Shown here in pieces: positions 47,777-57,584 of a DNA stretch of 64,000 nucleotides. The stretch lies in contig CALWBE010000026.1 of the NCBI GenBank assembly GCA_944375955.1, positions 2,291 through 66,290 on the forward strand. The letters run 5' to 3'. Within the stretch, counting starts at the first letter, position 1. Every line of letters begins with the position of its first letter. Under the pieces are notes generated by a model, which searched no databases, had not been told where the DNA came from, and saw nothing but the letters and a program-made list of their open reading frames with translations. Both the position numbers and the translations under genes were made by a program. The stretch is from an uncultured Clostridia bacterium (GTDB taxonomy: Bacteria; Bacillota; Clostridia; Oscillospirales; CAG-382).

Positions 47777-48757
47777 ATGCAAAACCGTTATATAAAAAAA
47801 CTCACCACTTTTCTTCCTGTGGAGCTTGAACATAAATTCGATCCGCTTGATTTTTCATGTGATAAAGACAGTATGGTATTAACAGAAAAAATTTTAAACG
47901 GCAGAGATATAATTTTAAGTAAACATGACTGGAAAATGCATGCGATGTACCACAGCCTGCAGACATATAAGTTTGCATATATTCACAGCGGTTCATTTCT
48001 CATATATACCGACGGCAAGCCGACGAGGCTTAATGCCGGTTCTCTTTGCATAGTTCCTCCGGGTGTTGTTCAAAAGTTTACGATAGATTACAGTAAGGCG
48101 GATACGTCTGATACGGTTATGGTAAATATTCTTGTAAGATCTTCGGCTGTTACAGATATACTTTATCAAGTTTTCGCCGGAAAAAATGAGGTTTCTGAAT
48201 ATCTTTATAATACATTTTATAAGGAAAGTTTTCCTGAATTCATGGTGCTTCGTACTCCGGGTGAATTTACCAGAGATATAGCTGAGGCTTTATTTACAGA
48301 AATAATGTCATCAGCGGAAAAAGACGATCCGCCGTATACGGCAGGGTGTCTTTTAAGTGCGCTGATATTCAGTTATCTTAAGCATTCGGCAAACTATACC
48401 GTCGAGATTTCTTCAGTGTATACCGGAAGTACTGAGGCGATAAACCGTATTATAAGATGTATACAATTGGAATTTAAAGATATTACACTTGAGGAGCTGT
48501 GCAGAAGATTTCATTACACGCCTTCATATATTTGCCGCATAATAAAGCGTCATACCGGAATGACTTATAAAGAATATTTATCAAATGAACGGTTAGACAA
48601 CGTATGCAAAACTCTGATTTTGACTGATAAACCTATACGCGATGCAGCAGCTGAAGCGGGATGGCAAACTCTCGAGCATTTTTACAGGGTATTTCACAAA
48701 AAATACGGAATGACTCCTCTTGAATACCGAACTGTAGCAAAGAAAAAGCTGCTTTAA
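47777..48757 (+). CDS. AraC-family transcriptional regulator (cupin sensor + HTH_18)
   Basis: C-terminal dual HTH: LEELCRRFHYTPSYICRIIKRHTGMTYKEYL ... AGWQTLEHFYRVFHKKYGMTPLEYR. Confidence 0.85.
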   Translation: MQNRYIKKLTTFLPVELEHKFDPLDFSCDKDSMVLTEKILNGRDIILSKHDWKMHAMYHSLQTYKFAYIHSGSFLIYTDGKPTRLNAGSLCIVPPGVVQKFTIDYSKADTSDTVMVNILVRSSAVTDILYQVFAGKNEVSEYLYNTFYKESFPEFMVLRTPGEFTRDIAEALFTEIMSSAEKDDPPYTAGCLLSALIFSYLKHSANYTVEISSVYTGSTEAINRIIRCIQLEFKDITLEELCRRFHYTPSYICRIIKRHTGMTYKEYLSNERLDNVCKTLILTDKPIRDAAAEAGWQTLEHFYRVFHKKYGMTPLEYRTVAKKKLL

Positions 48758-48854
48758 TTATTTCATATAATAAAAGCATATTGACAAAAATCCGAAATCG
48801 TACTATACTATTAAAGTTCGATTTCGGATTTTTATTTTTATGGAGAAAAAATAT

Positions 48855-49307
48855 ATGGAACATCGGAGAGAAATAAGAAGGATAATGACGGCGATAAATA
48901 TTATTGACGGAATTTATTCACAGGCTGCAAAAGAAATAGGGATAAGCGAGAATACGCTTGCATTGATATATGCGCTCGACGATGAAAAACATCATTCTCA
49001 GGTAGATATAAGCCGGGAATGGCTTATTCCGAAAACAACACTCAACTCTATTGTAATGGACTTTATATCTAAAGGATATATAAAGCTTGTTCCCGAAGGA
49101 CATACAAAAGAAAAATTAATTTGTCTTACTGAAGATGGGAAGAAATATGCGGAATCAGTGCTCAGACAAATATATTTTATGGAAGAAAAGGCATTTTGCG
49201 AAACGCTTTTAGATTCAGAAAATTTTGCAGAAGATATAGAAAATTTTGCACAAGGGCTCAAAAAAGAGCTTAAAAGGCAGAAAAATATGAATATTAAAAA
49301 GACATAA
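48855..49307 (+). CDS. MarR-family transcriptional regulator
   Basis: Winged-helix region SQVDISREWLIPKTTLNSIVMDFISKGYIKLVPEG. Start set to ATG 48855, 10 nt after GGAG; ATG 48840 is also possible. Confidence 0.7.
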   Translation: MEHRREIRRIMTAINIIDGIYSQAAKEIGISENTLALIYALDDEKHHSQVDISREWLIPKTTLNSIVMDFISKGYIKLVPEGHTKEKLICLTEDGKKYAESVLRQIYFMEEKAFCETLLDSENFAEDIENFAQGLKKELKRQKNMNIKKT

Positions 49308-49332
49308 ATATAATCGAATCAGGGGAATTTTT

Positions 49333-50661
49333 ATGAATATACAATTATCGGAACATTTCACATACAAAAAATTGCTGAGATTTACTTTGCCGTCGGTTAT
49401 AATGATGGTTTTCTCATCGATATATGGTGTAGTAGACGGATTTTTTGTATCAAATTTTGTAGGAAAAACACAATTTGCCTCTGTCAATTTTATTTTTCCT
49501 TTTCTTATGATATTAGGATCTGCCGGGTTTATGTTTGGTACAGGGGGCAGTGCACTTGTTGCCAAGACTTTAGGAGAAGGGAAAAAAGAAGAAGCGAGAA
49601 ATATATTCTCACTCATAGTTTATGTTTCGGTGGTGGTAGGTTGTATAATATCAATTTTGGGAATAATTTTTATTCGTCCCGCAGCGGCGTTTTTAGGGGC
49701 TGAGGGAGAGATGCTCGATTATTGCGTGACATATGGCAGGATATATTTGCTGTCTATGCCGGCGCTGATTTTGCAGTATGAGTTCCAAAGCTTTTTTATT
49801 GCTGCAGAAAAACCTCATATGGGACTTGCGGTAATTATATGTTCTGGAGTTGCAAACATGGTGCTTGACGCACTTTTCACTGCGGTGTTTAAATGGGGAA
49901 TAGCCGGAGCATCGGCAGCTACGGCTATAAGTCAGTGCATAGGAGGATTTGCTCCTTTAATTTACTTTGCGTGCAGATCTACCGGTGATCTTAGGCTGAC
50001 GAAAGCTCATTTTGAAGGGAAAGCACTTTTAAGGACTTGTACAAATGGCTCGTCTGAGCTTATGTCAAATTTATCGATGTCGCTTGTAAGCATGCTTTAT
50101 AATATACAGCTTAACAAATATGCCGGAGAGGATGGAATTGCGGCATACGGAGTATTAATGTATGTAAGTATGATATTTATCGCTATTTTTATAGGCTTTT
50201 CAGTTGGAACAGCGCCGATAATAAGTTATAATTATGGAGCACAGAACTTATTTGAATTAAAAAATCTGTTAAGAAAAAGCCTTATCATAATAGGAATTGT
50301 GTCAATTTTTATGCTTGCATTTGCTGAATTTCTTGCACAGCCGTTATCAGGAATATTTGTGGGATATGATAAAGAACTGTACAGACTTACTCTGCGCGGA
50401 TTTTTTATTTACTCATTTTCTTTTTTGTTTTCGGGTATAGCTATATACGGTTCTTCGCTGTTTACAGCATTGAATAACGGGATAGTTTCTGCATTAATAT
50501 CCTTTTTAAGAACGTTGCTTTTTCAAACAGCAGCTGTATTAATTCTACCACTTTTTTTAAAGATGGACGGAATATGGCTGTCTGTGGTGGCAGCCGAAAC
50601 GGTTGCGGCCGCTGTGACGGCTGTATTTATTATTGCGATGAGAAAAAAATACGGTTACTGA
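49333..50661 (+). CDS. MATE-family efflux transporter
   Basis: 442 aa, ~12 TM segments. N-terminus LLRFTLPSVIMMVFSSIYGVVDGFFVSNFVG is typical of MATE. Confidence 0.85.
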   Translation: MNIQLSEHFTYKKLLRFTLPSVIMMVFSSIYGVVDGFFVSNFVGKTQFASVNFIFPFLMILGSAGFMFGTGGSALVAKTLGEGKKEEARNIFSLIVYVSVVVGCIISILGIIFIRPAAAFLGAEGEMLDYCVTYGRIYLLSMPALILQYEFQSFFIAAEKPHMGLAVIICSGVANMVLDALFTAVFKWGIAGASAATAISQCIGGFAPLIYFACRSTGDLRLTKAHFEGKALLRTCTNGSSELMSNLSMSLVSMLYNIQLNKYAGEDGIAAYGVLMYVSMIFIAIFIGFSVGTAPIISYNYGAQNLFELKNLLRKSLIIIGIVSIFMLAFAEFLAQPLSGIFVGYDKELYRLTLRGFFIYSFSFLFSGIAIYGSSLFTALNNGIVSALISFLRTLLFQTAAVLILPLFLKMDGIWLSVVAAETVAAAVTAVFIIAMRKKYGY

Positions 50662-50700
50662 TTTTTTCTAAAGCCTTTTATTTAATGTTTTTACATAAAA

Positions 50701-51333
50701 TCAGATAAGTTCCGAAAATGATTTTATGTAAATATCAGTGATATTTCTTATGCTGTCAGCGCTTTTTTCGGATGATTCGTCATAAACTCCTATACAGTAA
50801 AATCCTGTACTTTTAGCGGCTGACAGAGCTGTAAAATTATCATCAAAAAGTGCGATTTCGGAAATGTCGGCTCCGAGTCTGTCAGCTGCCTGACGATATA
50901 TTTCAGGATCAGATTTTACAAGGCCGAAGTCGTCTATGGACCATATTTTTTCAAAAAAATCATATATTCCGTTATTTTTTAGGCATACATCGGTCGTAAT
51001 ATGAGGACTTGCAGTAAGCACTGCGAGAACATGACCGTTATTTTTGAGCGTTGCAAGATATTCCGGAATATATGGCTTGGTTTTAATTCTTGTTGAATAT
51101 GCCTTAATGGCATAGGAATTCATGCGTTTTATAATATCTTCTTCAGTTCCGGACACACCCATTTCGCGAAATAGCTTTGCTGTTCCTAAGTCGCCTAACG
51201 GAGTTATTATCTGAATAATATTTTCAGGATAGTTTATTCCGCTTTCATCAAGTATTTGAAGCATTTTTTTTGCCCATTCATCCATGGAATCAACAAGAGT
51301 TCCGTCAAGATCAAAAACGCAGTATTTCTTCAT
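50701..51333 (-). CDS. HAD-superfamily hydrolase (beta-phosphoglucomutase-like)
   Basis: Motif I VFDLDGTLVDS. C-terminal motif FDDNFTALSAAKSTG. Confidence 0.8.
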   Translation of the reverse strand: MKKYCVFDLDGTLVDSMDEWAKKMLQILDESGINYPENIIQIITPLGDLGTAKLFREMGVSGTEEDIIKRMNSYAIKAYSTRIKTKPYIPEYLATLKNNGHVLAVLTASPHITTDVCLKNNGIYDFFEKIWSIDDFGLVKSDPEIYRQAADRLGADISEIALFDDNFTALSAAKSTGFYCIGVYDESSEKSADSIRNITDIYIKSFSELI

Positions 51334-51352
51334 GAGCAGATCCTTTCTTTTA

Positions 51353-52876
51353 TTACAGTATTTCTATAAGTAAAAGCCCGTTATTGTACAACTCGACTTC
51401 AAATTTGCATACGCCGTCGATACACTCGGCTTCAAATTCTTCTGCCGGTCTTAGCTGTGAAATTTCCCGAAGTTCCTGGATTTGTTCAACGGTCAGATTT
51501 TTTCCGTATCCTTTTTCACAGTATACACGGTATGGGTTTATATTTTTTTCATCTATGCGCCAAAAAATAACACGCTTTGTTTTTCCGCTAATTCCGTTTA
51601 TTATTATTTCCTGTGAAATTTTGGGGAGACTTTTGTTAAAGTTTTCGGAAGAATAAGTTAAAACAAGCGCAAAATTACCGCAGTTGTCGGAAGTGGCGAG
51701 CAGAGTTGTATTTTCGGGAGCTTTTTCGTAATACAATACATTTTCTTTTAGTTTTCTTAAAACTGCAAAAGCATTGTAAATCGGCTTTTTTATAAAGTTG
51801 AGTGAAAAGAAATTCCGGAATCCAGAAAAATCTTCGGTCATCTCATGTTGTCCGGAAAGACATATCATCAGCTTTGAAATTATCGCGTTTCTCTCTATAA
51901 GCCGAGTGATCATTTTTGCAAAAAAAACAGCATAAATTTCCGTTTCCCTGAAAATCAGAGACGGAAAATGTTCACAATCGGCAAAGCCTCCCGTGCTTGC
52001 TCCCCATTCGTCGATAACAAACTCAACTGATGTCGGCAAATATTTGTCTATGGCTTTTCGGTAGTTTTCATATTTCTTGCAGTTTAATTCTACATCAAGC
52101 GGAATTTCACCGCTTTCTAATGCTCCGGGATTTGTTCCGTAATCGTGCGCGCATACGAAATCAAGCTGTACATTGTTTTCTTTAACATATTTCATAAAGC
52201 CTTCAAAAAAATTCATATGCACCGCAAGCGCCGGACCGCCTATCTTCATTTTGCCTGCGCCGAGCGTCTGACATGCCTCATTTATTCCATCGGCAAAACC
52301 GCAGTAAAGCTTTATGTATTCTTTAAGGCGTATTTCGGCGCTTTCTTCAGATGAATCCAGCTCTCCCATGAAATACGGCTGAATATCAGGTTCGTTGTAA
52401 CATTGCAAATACCATTTTGATACGGTCTTTGCTCCGTATCTTTTTATTATATGTTCTGTATAAGCGCGGCAAATTTCTTTCCATATATCATAATCAGCGG
52501 GTATGGAATTAACTATCATTTTGCCTTTATATCTTGTTTTATTTTTTGCCGAAGCGCTTTTCAAATCGGGATTTTTTGCAAGAAACGGAGGAAGAAAGTT
52601 GTATGACAAAAGTATTCCGAATCCTTTTTCGGTCATATAGTCGAGTCTCTTGTCATTGAGTGAAAAGTCATAATGCAGCTTTCCGTCTCTTTCCGTTACT
52701 ATATCTTCAAGCATAGAGTACATCCTGACGGTATCGGCTATATTTTCTTCAGCTATTGTATCAAGGATCCGCTTTCCCCAGTCGTCTTCTATTGCATCCG
52801 TGGGATGAAAATGGATATTATTCCAGAAATTACTCTGCTTTTTTATCATTTTTCCAGCATTTATTATTATTGACAT
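51353..52876 (-). CDS. Clan GH-A TIM-barrel glycoside hydrolase (GH39-like), cytoplasmic
   Basis: Candidate acid/base CYNEPD and nucleophile VIDEWGAS. No signal peptide. Family assignment is uncertain. Confidence 0.5.
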   Translation of the reverse strand: MSIIINAGKMIKKQSNFWNNIHFHPTDAIEDDWGKRILDTIAEENIADTVRMYSMLEDIVTERDGKLHYDFSLNDKRLDYMTEKGFGILLSYNFLPPFLAKNPDLKSASAKNKTRYKGKMIVNSIPADYDIWKEICRAYTEHIIKRYGAKTVSKWYLQCYNEPDIQPYFMGELDSSEESAEIRLKEYIKLYCGFADGINEACQTLGAGKMKIGGPALAVHMNFFEGFMKYVKENNVQLDFVCAHDYGTNPGALESGEIPLDVELNCKKYENYRKAIDKYLPTSVEFVIDEWGASTGGFADCEHFPSLIFRETEIYAVFFAKMITRLIERNAIISKLMICLSGQHEMTEDFSGFRNFFSLNFIKKPIYNAFAVLRKLKENVLYYEKAPENTTLLATSDNCGNFALVLTYSSENFNKSLPKISQEIIINGISGKTKRVIFWRIDEKNINPYRVYCEKGYGKNLTVEQIQELREISQLRPAEEFEAECIDGVCKFEVELYNNGLLLIEIL

Positions 52877-53279
52877 AATTAAAATCTCCTTTTAAAACTA
52901 TTATAAGGCATATTTACATTTTAATATTTTATAATAAGGCAATAAATGAGAAATACGACTTATAATTTATAAAAAAAGACTTATTGTTATAAGACGGGGA
53001 TTTTTAATGCTGATATTCTATCATTTTGTATTATAGAAGTCAAGGAGAAGTATTTAAAATATCTTTTCGGATAAGTATTTGAGATGTGAAATCCGGCGGA
53101 TTGGCTCAACATCGATCGCCGGTTTTTAGAATTATAGATTTAATATTTTATTGTGCAGGTGCATTGTGTAATAAAACCTTTTTGATGTTTTAAATAACCC
53201 AAAAATTCATGTATTAGAAACTTTTAGAAGTTTTTTTCGTCTATACAGACAGAAATATATTTTAAGAGGAGAATTTTCT

Positions 53280-53666
53280 GTGAGAAGGTATTCAGCGTTA
53301 ATTTTAGCATTTATTTGTGTATTAGTTATGATAAGCTGTTCCGAAACCGAAACAGAAGGTATAACAGGAACGATAAAGTTTTACTCTGAGCCTGCAAAAC
53401 AGTTTACCGCCCCTGTTTCAGCTGATTCAGTTAAATTGACGAAAGAGCAGGAAAAAGAAATAAAATCGATACTTGATAATGTAGAGGTATGGGTTGACGA
53501 CTATTTAGTTGACCGTGTAGTATATTATTTTGACGGTGAGTTCAAATTGTCTGACAGTGAGTTTGTGTATTACTTTTCTTACGAGTATAATTTAATTTAC
53601 TATGATCATTATTTTGCTGAAATTGCCAAAGAAGAAATGCAATTTATCAAAGACCTTAATACATGA
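53280..53666 (+). CDS. Small lipoprotein, function unknown
   Basis: GTG start after AGAGGAG. Signal peptide with lipobox-like VMISC. Confidence 0.5.
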   Translation: MRRYSALILAFICVLVMISCSETETEGITGTIKFYSEPAKQFTAPVSADSVKLTKEQEKEIKSILDNVEVWVDDYLVDRVVYYFDGEFKLSDSEFVYYFSYEYNLIYYDHYFAEIAKEEMQFIKDLNT

Positions 53667-53987
53667 ATAAAAACCTTATGGTAAAGATCATTTTTATATA
53701 TGCATATATACCGAACTGAAAGTGTGGTTGTAACGATATACATTTATATAGAATATTTGATAAAATGATCAAAAAGAGAATTGATTTTTAAAAAGCCGGC
53801 ATAATCATAATAAATATAAAGAAATTTCGGTATAACGTGAAGGTATATAGGTATATCCGTATATTTTAAAAACATATCTGCTGTCATTATTTTTATTTCG
53901 GTCATATAATGACAACGGATGCGCCTGTGTATTTATATTTACAGAGCGTATCCATTTAACAATAAAGAACTGTCAGGAGATAAATAT

Positions 53988-54554
53988 ATGAATAACCAAC
54001 AGAATACTGAAAATAAACTTACAGGCACGCGTACTGAAAAAAATCTCACATCAGCAGCTTCTCAGGAAGCTCAGGCACACACAAAATATGAACTTTATTC
54101 AGGCGTTGCATATGAAGAAGGACTAGCGACAGTTGGAGACAGCCTGTGGAATTTATCACATCAGGAAAAGGAACACAGTGAGATATGGTATGATTATCTC
54201 GGAAAAATAGGGACTACGCAGCAGAATCTTGAAGCGGCGATGGCATCGGAAGCATATGAGGCTGATTCACTGTATCCTGAATTTGCAAGAGTTGCTGAAG
54301 AAGAGGGCTTTGATGATATTGCTGAAAAATTCCGTCTGGTTGCAGGAATAGAAAACAATCACAGAGATATACTTAAGAATATTCTCACCGAACTGAAAGA
54401 CGGAACCCTTTACGGAGGAGCTCCCGAAAACGCAGAATGGTTCTGCACTAACTGTGGATATGTTGCCAAAGGCTCAGACGCTCCGGAGCAGTGTCCGGTA
54501 TGCTCTTACGGACGCGGATATTTTATAAGGTACGACAACGATATCAATTGTTAA
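53988..54554 (+). CDS. rbr: Rubrerythrin
   Basis: Ferritin-like diiron motifs (TEKNLTSAASQEAQAHTKY, SHQEKEHSEIW) plus a C-terminal rubredoxin-like CTNCG...CPVC. Start set to ATG 53988 after GGAG. Confidence 0.85.
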   Translation: MNNQQNTENKLTGTRTEKNLTSAASQEAQAHTKYELYSGVAYEEGLATVGDSLWNLSHQEKEHSEIWYDYLGKIGTTQQNLEAAMASEAYEADSLYPEFARVAEEEGFDDIAEKFRLVAGIENNHRDILKNILTELKDGTLYGGAPENAEWFCTNCGYVAKGSDAPEQCPVCSYGRGYFIRYDNDINC

Positions 54555-54635
54555 ATTTAAAGTCTAAAAAAAGAGGTCTCCTTTATAAAAAATATCTGTC
54601 GATGTGTTCAAGAGTAACGTTGACGGCATAAACTG

Positions 54636-54670
54636 AAAAACTGTCATGATTTTTATCATGACAGTTTTTT
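54636..54670. terminator. Bidirectional intrinsic terminator
   Basis: AAAAACTGTCATGAT / ATCATGACAGTTTTT, a perfect hairpin between the convergent rbr and ddl genes. Confidence 0.7.
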
Positions 54671-54678
54671 GATTTTAT

Positions 54679-55884
54679 TTAAGCTTTGCCTTTGCAGCCT
54701 CCGAAAGAAACTCCGGAAAGCAAATTTGTATCAAATGAAAAATTGAGCTTTTCGGATTCGCGCTCACGTTTTAATGCAAGACGTATAAGCTCGTCGAGAA
54801 GTTCGGAATATTTTATTCCGCTTGCTTCCCAAAGATAAAAAGACAGAGAACCGGGAATAGTGTTTATTTCATTTATATAAATATCTCCGGTATCTTTATC
54901 TATAAGAAAATCAACACGCGATACTCCTGAGCATCCAAGCGCTCTGAATGCTCCTATTGCATACTGCTGTATCTTTTCTTTCTCCTCTACTGACAATGGG
55001 GCGGGAAGTATTCTTTTTGTATCTGCCATTCCACCGCTTTTTGCGCCTGTTTTTCCTCCGTTTTTTCCGCCTGACAGATATTTGTCCGCATAGCTTAATA
55101 TTTCATCGTGATTTATCGGCTCTTCACATTCCGAAGCCTGTGCTTTTTCCGAATCCCCAAGTACGGAACAGTTTATCTCCCGCATATTTATTACGGCGTT
55201 TTCCACAAGTACGCGGTCGGCAAATTCGTATGCATATTCAAGAGCATCTGAAAGTGCCTTTCTGTCGGCGGCTTTCTTTATGCCTACGCTTGATCCGAGG
55301 TTTACAGGTTTTACTATTACAGGATAGCGTGTAGCCGATTCTATTTCCGAAATAACGGAATCGGTATTGAGGAGATATTCTCTTCTGCCTTTTACTATGC
55401 AGTCAAGCACCGGAAGGCCGGCTGCTTTCATTATTATTTTTGATGCATATTTATCCATTCCGAGTGCTGAAGAAAGTATATCGCATCCGGCATATGGGCA
55501 TGAGACGGCATGCAGATATCCGGCGATAGTTCCGTCCTCAACATTTGTTCCGTGTACTACGGGAATGGCAACGTCAATATAGTCGACTATATCCTTTGAA
55601 AACATTTTTGACGGATATCTTACAAGATTTATCCTGCCGCTGTCATTTACTAAAGTTATGCGTGTGCTTTGTGAAATAAGCTCGTTTATATCTCCGCCAT
55701 ATGATGAAATGTCGGAGATTTTCTCGCCTGTGAACATTTCTCCCTTTTTGCTTATGTATATGGCTATAGGATCATATTTTTCGGTATTAAGGCTGCGGTA
55801 TGCCTGAATACCTGAAATAACCGACACTTCATGTTCGACGCTTTTTCCGCCAAATAATACCCCTGCTTTTATTTTTATTGCCAT
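54679..55884 (-). CDS. ddl: D-alanine--D-alanine ligase family ATP-grasp enzyme (long form with a Gly/Lys-rich insertion)
   Basis: N-terminus KAGVLFGGKSVEHEVSVISG and C-terminus YINEINTIPGSLSFYLW. Insertion KYLSGGKNGGKTGAKSGGMADTKRILPA. Confidence 0.85.
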   Translation of the reverse strand: MAIKIKAGVLFGGKSVEHEVSVISGIQAYRSLNTEKYDPIAIYISKKGEMFTGEKISDISSYGGDINELISQSTRITLVNDSGRINLVRYPSKMFSKDIVDYIDVAIPVVHGTNVEDGTIAGYLHAVSCPYAGCDILSSALGMDKYASKIIMKAAGLPVLDCIVKGRREYLLNTDSVISEIESATRYPVIVKPVNLGSSVGIKKAADRKALSDALEYAYEFADRVLVENAVINMREINCSVLGDSEKAQASECEEPINHDEILSYADKYLSGGKNGGKTGAKSGGMADTKRILPAPLSVEEKEKIQQYAIGAFRALGCSGVSRVDFLIDKDTGDIYINEINTIPGSLSFYLWEASGIKYSELLDELIRLALKRERESEKLNFSFDTNLLSGVSFGGCKGKA

Positions 55885-55926
55885 AGCTTTCTCCTAAGAA
55901 ATATAATATTTAATATTAAATTATAT

Positions 55927-57486
55927 CTAAAAATTATCCGGAAGGTCATTTTCAATGAGAATGACGTTTCTTGAACTGCCCGGAAGAGTTTTTGCAGTTT
56001 CTATTGCTGTTATGACATTTTCAAATATCATAAGCTTGTTTTGATCAAATCCGGCGGATAAAACTCCTTGTTTTATCGCTCGGGTCTGCTTTTCTCCGAT
56101 AAGGAATATATAATCGCATATTTGTGCCGCTTCCTCACCGAATTTTCTGTTGTATTCGTCCTGTTTTTCCCCAAGCTCTATCATACCCGGAGTTATTATA
56201 ATTTTCCTGCCTTCAAAACCGTTTAAAACTTCAAGAGCGGCTCGGGCGCCGCCGGGATTAGAATTAAATGAATCGTCAATTATGACAAATCCCTGACCTT
56301 TAATTAAAGAAAGTCTGTGAGGTGCGCCTTCAATGCGTCTTGCTCCGAGTATCAGACTGTCGTCCGAAACTCCGAGAGCTTTGGATACTGCTACGCATCC
56401 CGTAACATTTAAAATATTGTGAGCGCCAAGAAGTTTTGTAGAAAGTTTAAGGCTTTGCCCACCGTAACAAACTGAGAACGAGGTGCCGTTTTCAGACAAT
56501 GACAATATGTCGGCTGTATAATCTGCTTTTTCCTTATTTTGTATTCCGTAATATACAGCCTTTTTTGTCAGTTCTGTTTTTGAGGCTAAATATTCATTGT
56601 CGGCATTTAAAAATATTATTCCGTCCTCAGGTAAAGCGTCATAAAGTTCAAACTTTGTTTTTATTATATTTTCTATACTTCCGAATGTTTCAAGATGACA
56701 TGGACCGATTGAGGTTATAATACCGTATTTCGGCTTTACAATATCGCAAATTTCCTTAATTTCACCACGGCTTCTGGCTCCCATCTCGCAAATGAATATG
56801 TCGTGCGCGGCAGTGAGATTTTCACGTATAACTTTTACAACTCCCATAGTTGTATTATAACTTGCAGGAGTCATAAGGGTATTGTATTTTTCAGAGAGAA
56901 GTGTATTCAAAATATATTTTGTACCCGTTTTGCCGTAACTTCCTGTTATACCTATAACGATAAGATTAGGAAGTGAAGCTATTTTTCTTTTTGCTTCGTT
57001 TATATATTTTCTGCGGACAGCATTTTCAGCAGGTCTGTTTGCAAGATTTACAACAATAACGGAATAGGAAGGGAAAATCAGCATTAACTGACAGATAAGC
57101 AAGTATATTCCGTGAGATGCGGAAATAAACGAAAGTACTCCTAAAAATATAAATAATATTGTTGCGGTTATATACAGACGTTTTACTCTTGCCGTAAAAA
57201 CCAAAGGCTTTTTAGCTTTTTTAGGCAGATGCAAAAGTAAAAAAGCAATATTTGGTATAAGCGAAAGCAATGCAAGCCATCCGCCGCCGAAAATAAAACA
57301 TATAACTGCCGACAGCATGGGCAGGATAGCTTTCGCGAAATTTACAGCAAGATTATTTTTTATCCAATCCCGCATAAAAACGTATTTATAAGCGTTAAGC
57401 TGAAACATATGTACGCGGTTTGTAAAAGCAAACAAGAAGCATATATATGAGACGGCTGTGAGAATAAGAGTAATAAAGCTGTTCAT
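55927..57486 (-). CDS. MurF-like Mur ligase with an N-terminal polytopic membrane domain
   Basis: About 150 aa with 4-5 TM segments, then the P-loop GITGSYGKTGTK. C-terminal domain GAPHRLSLIKGQGFVIIDDSFNSNPGGARAALEVL ... TPGMIELGEK. Confidence 0.75.
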   Translation of the reverse strand: MNSFITLILTAVSYICFLFAFTNRVHMFQLNAYKYVFMRDWIKNNLAVNFAKAILPMLSAVICFIFGGGWLALLSLIPNIAFLLLHLPKKAKKPLVFTARVKRLYITATILFIFLGVLSFISASHGIYLLICQLMLIFPSYSVIVVNLANRPAENAVRRKYINEAKRKIASLPNLIVIGITGSYGKTGTKYILNTLLSEKYNTLMTPASYNTTMGVVKVIRENLTAAHDIFICEMGARSRGEIKEICDIVKPKYGIITSIGPCHLETFGSIENIIKTKFELYDALPEDGIIFLNADNEYLASKTELTKKAVYYGIQNKEKADYTADILSLSENGTSFSVCYGGQSLKLSTKLLGAHNILNVTGCVAVSKALGVSDDSLILGARRIEGAPHRLSLIKGQGFVIIDDSFNSNPGGARAALEVLNGFEGRKIIITPGMIELGEKQDEYNRKFGEEAAQICDYIFLIGEKQTRAIKQGVLSAGFDQNKLMIFENVITAIETAKTLPGSSRNVILIENDLPDNF

Positions 57487-57584
57487 GTATCTCCTTTTCA
57501 GATCATTCGGTAATTAAAAAAGTTTTATTTAAAGAGTAAGGATTTTTACGATATAGGCAAAGAAACTTTGCTGAAATATATATT

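Noticed and set aside
53883-53913. Inverted repeat GTCATTAT-N15-ATAATGAC overlapping a TATAAT upstream of rubrerythrin
   Set aside because: It could be a redox-regulator operator. But it matches neither the PerR box (TTATAATNATTATAA) nor the Rex box (TTGTGAAN4TTCACAA), and the 8-bp AT-rich arms are likely by chance here.
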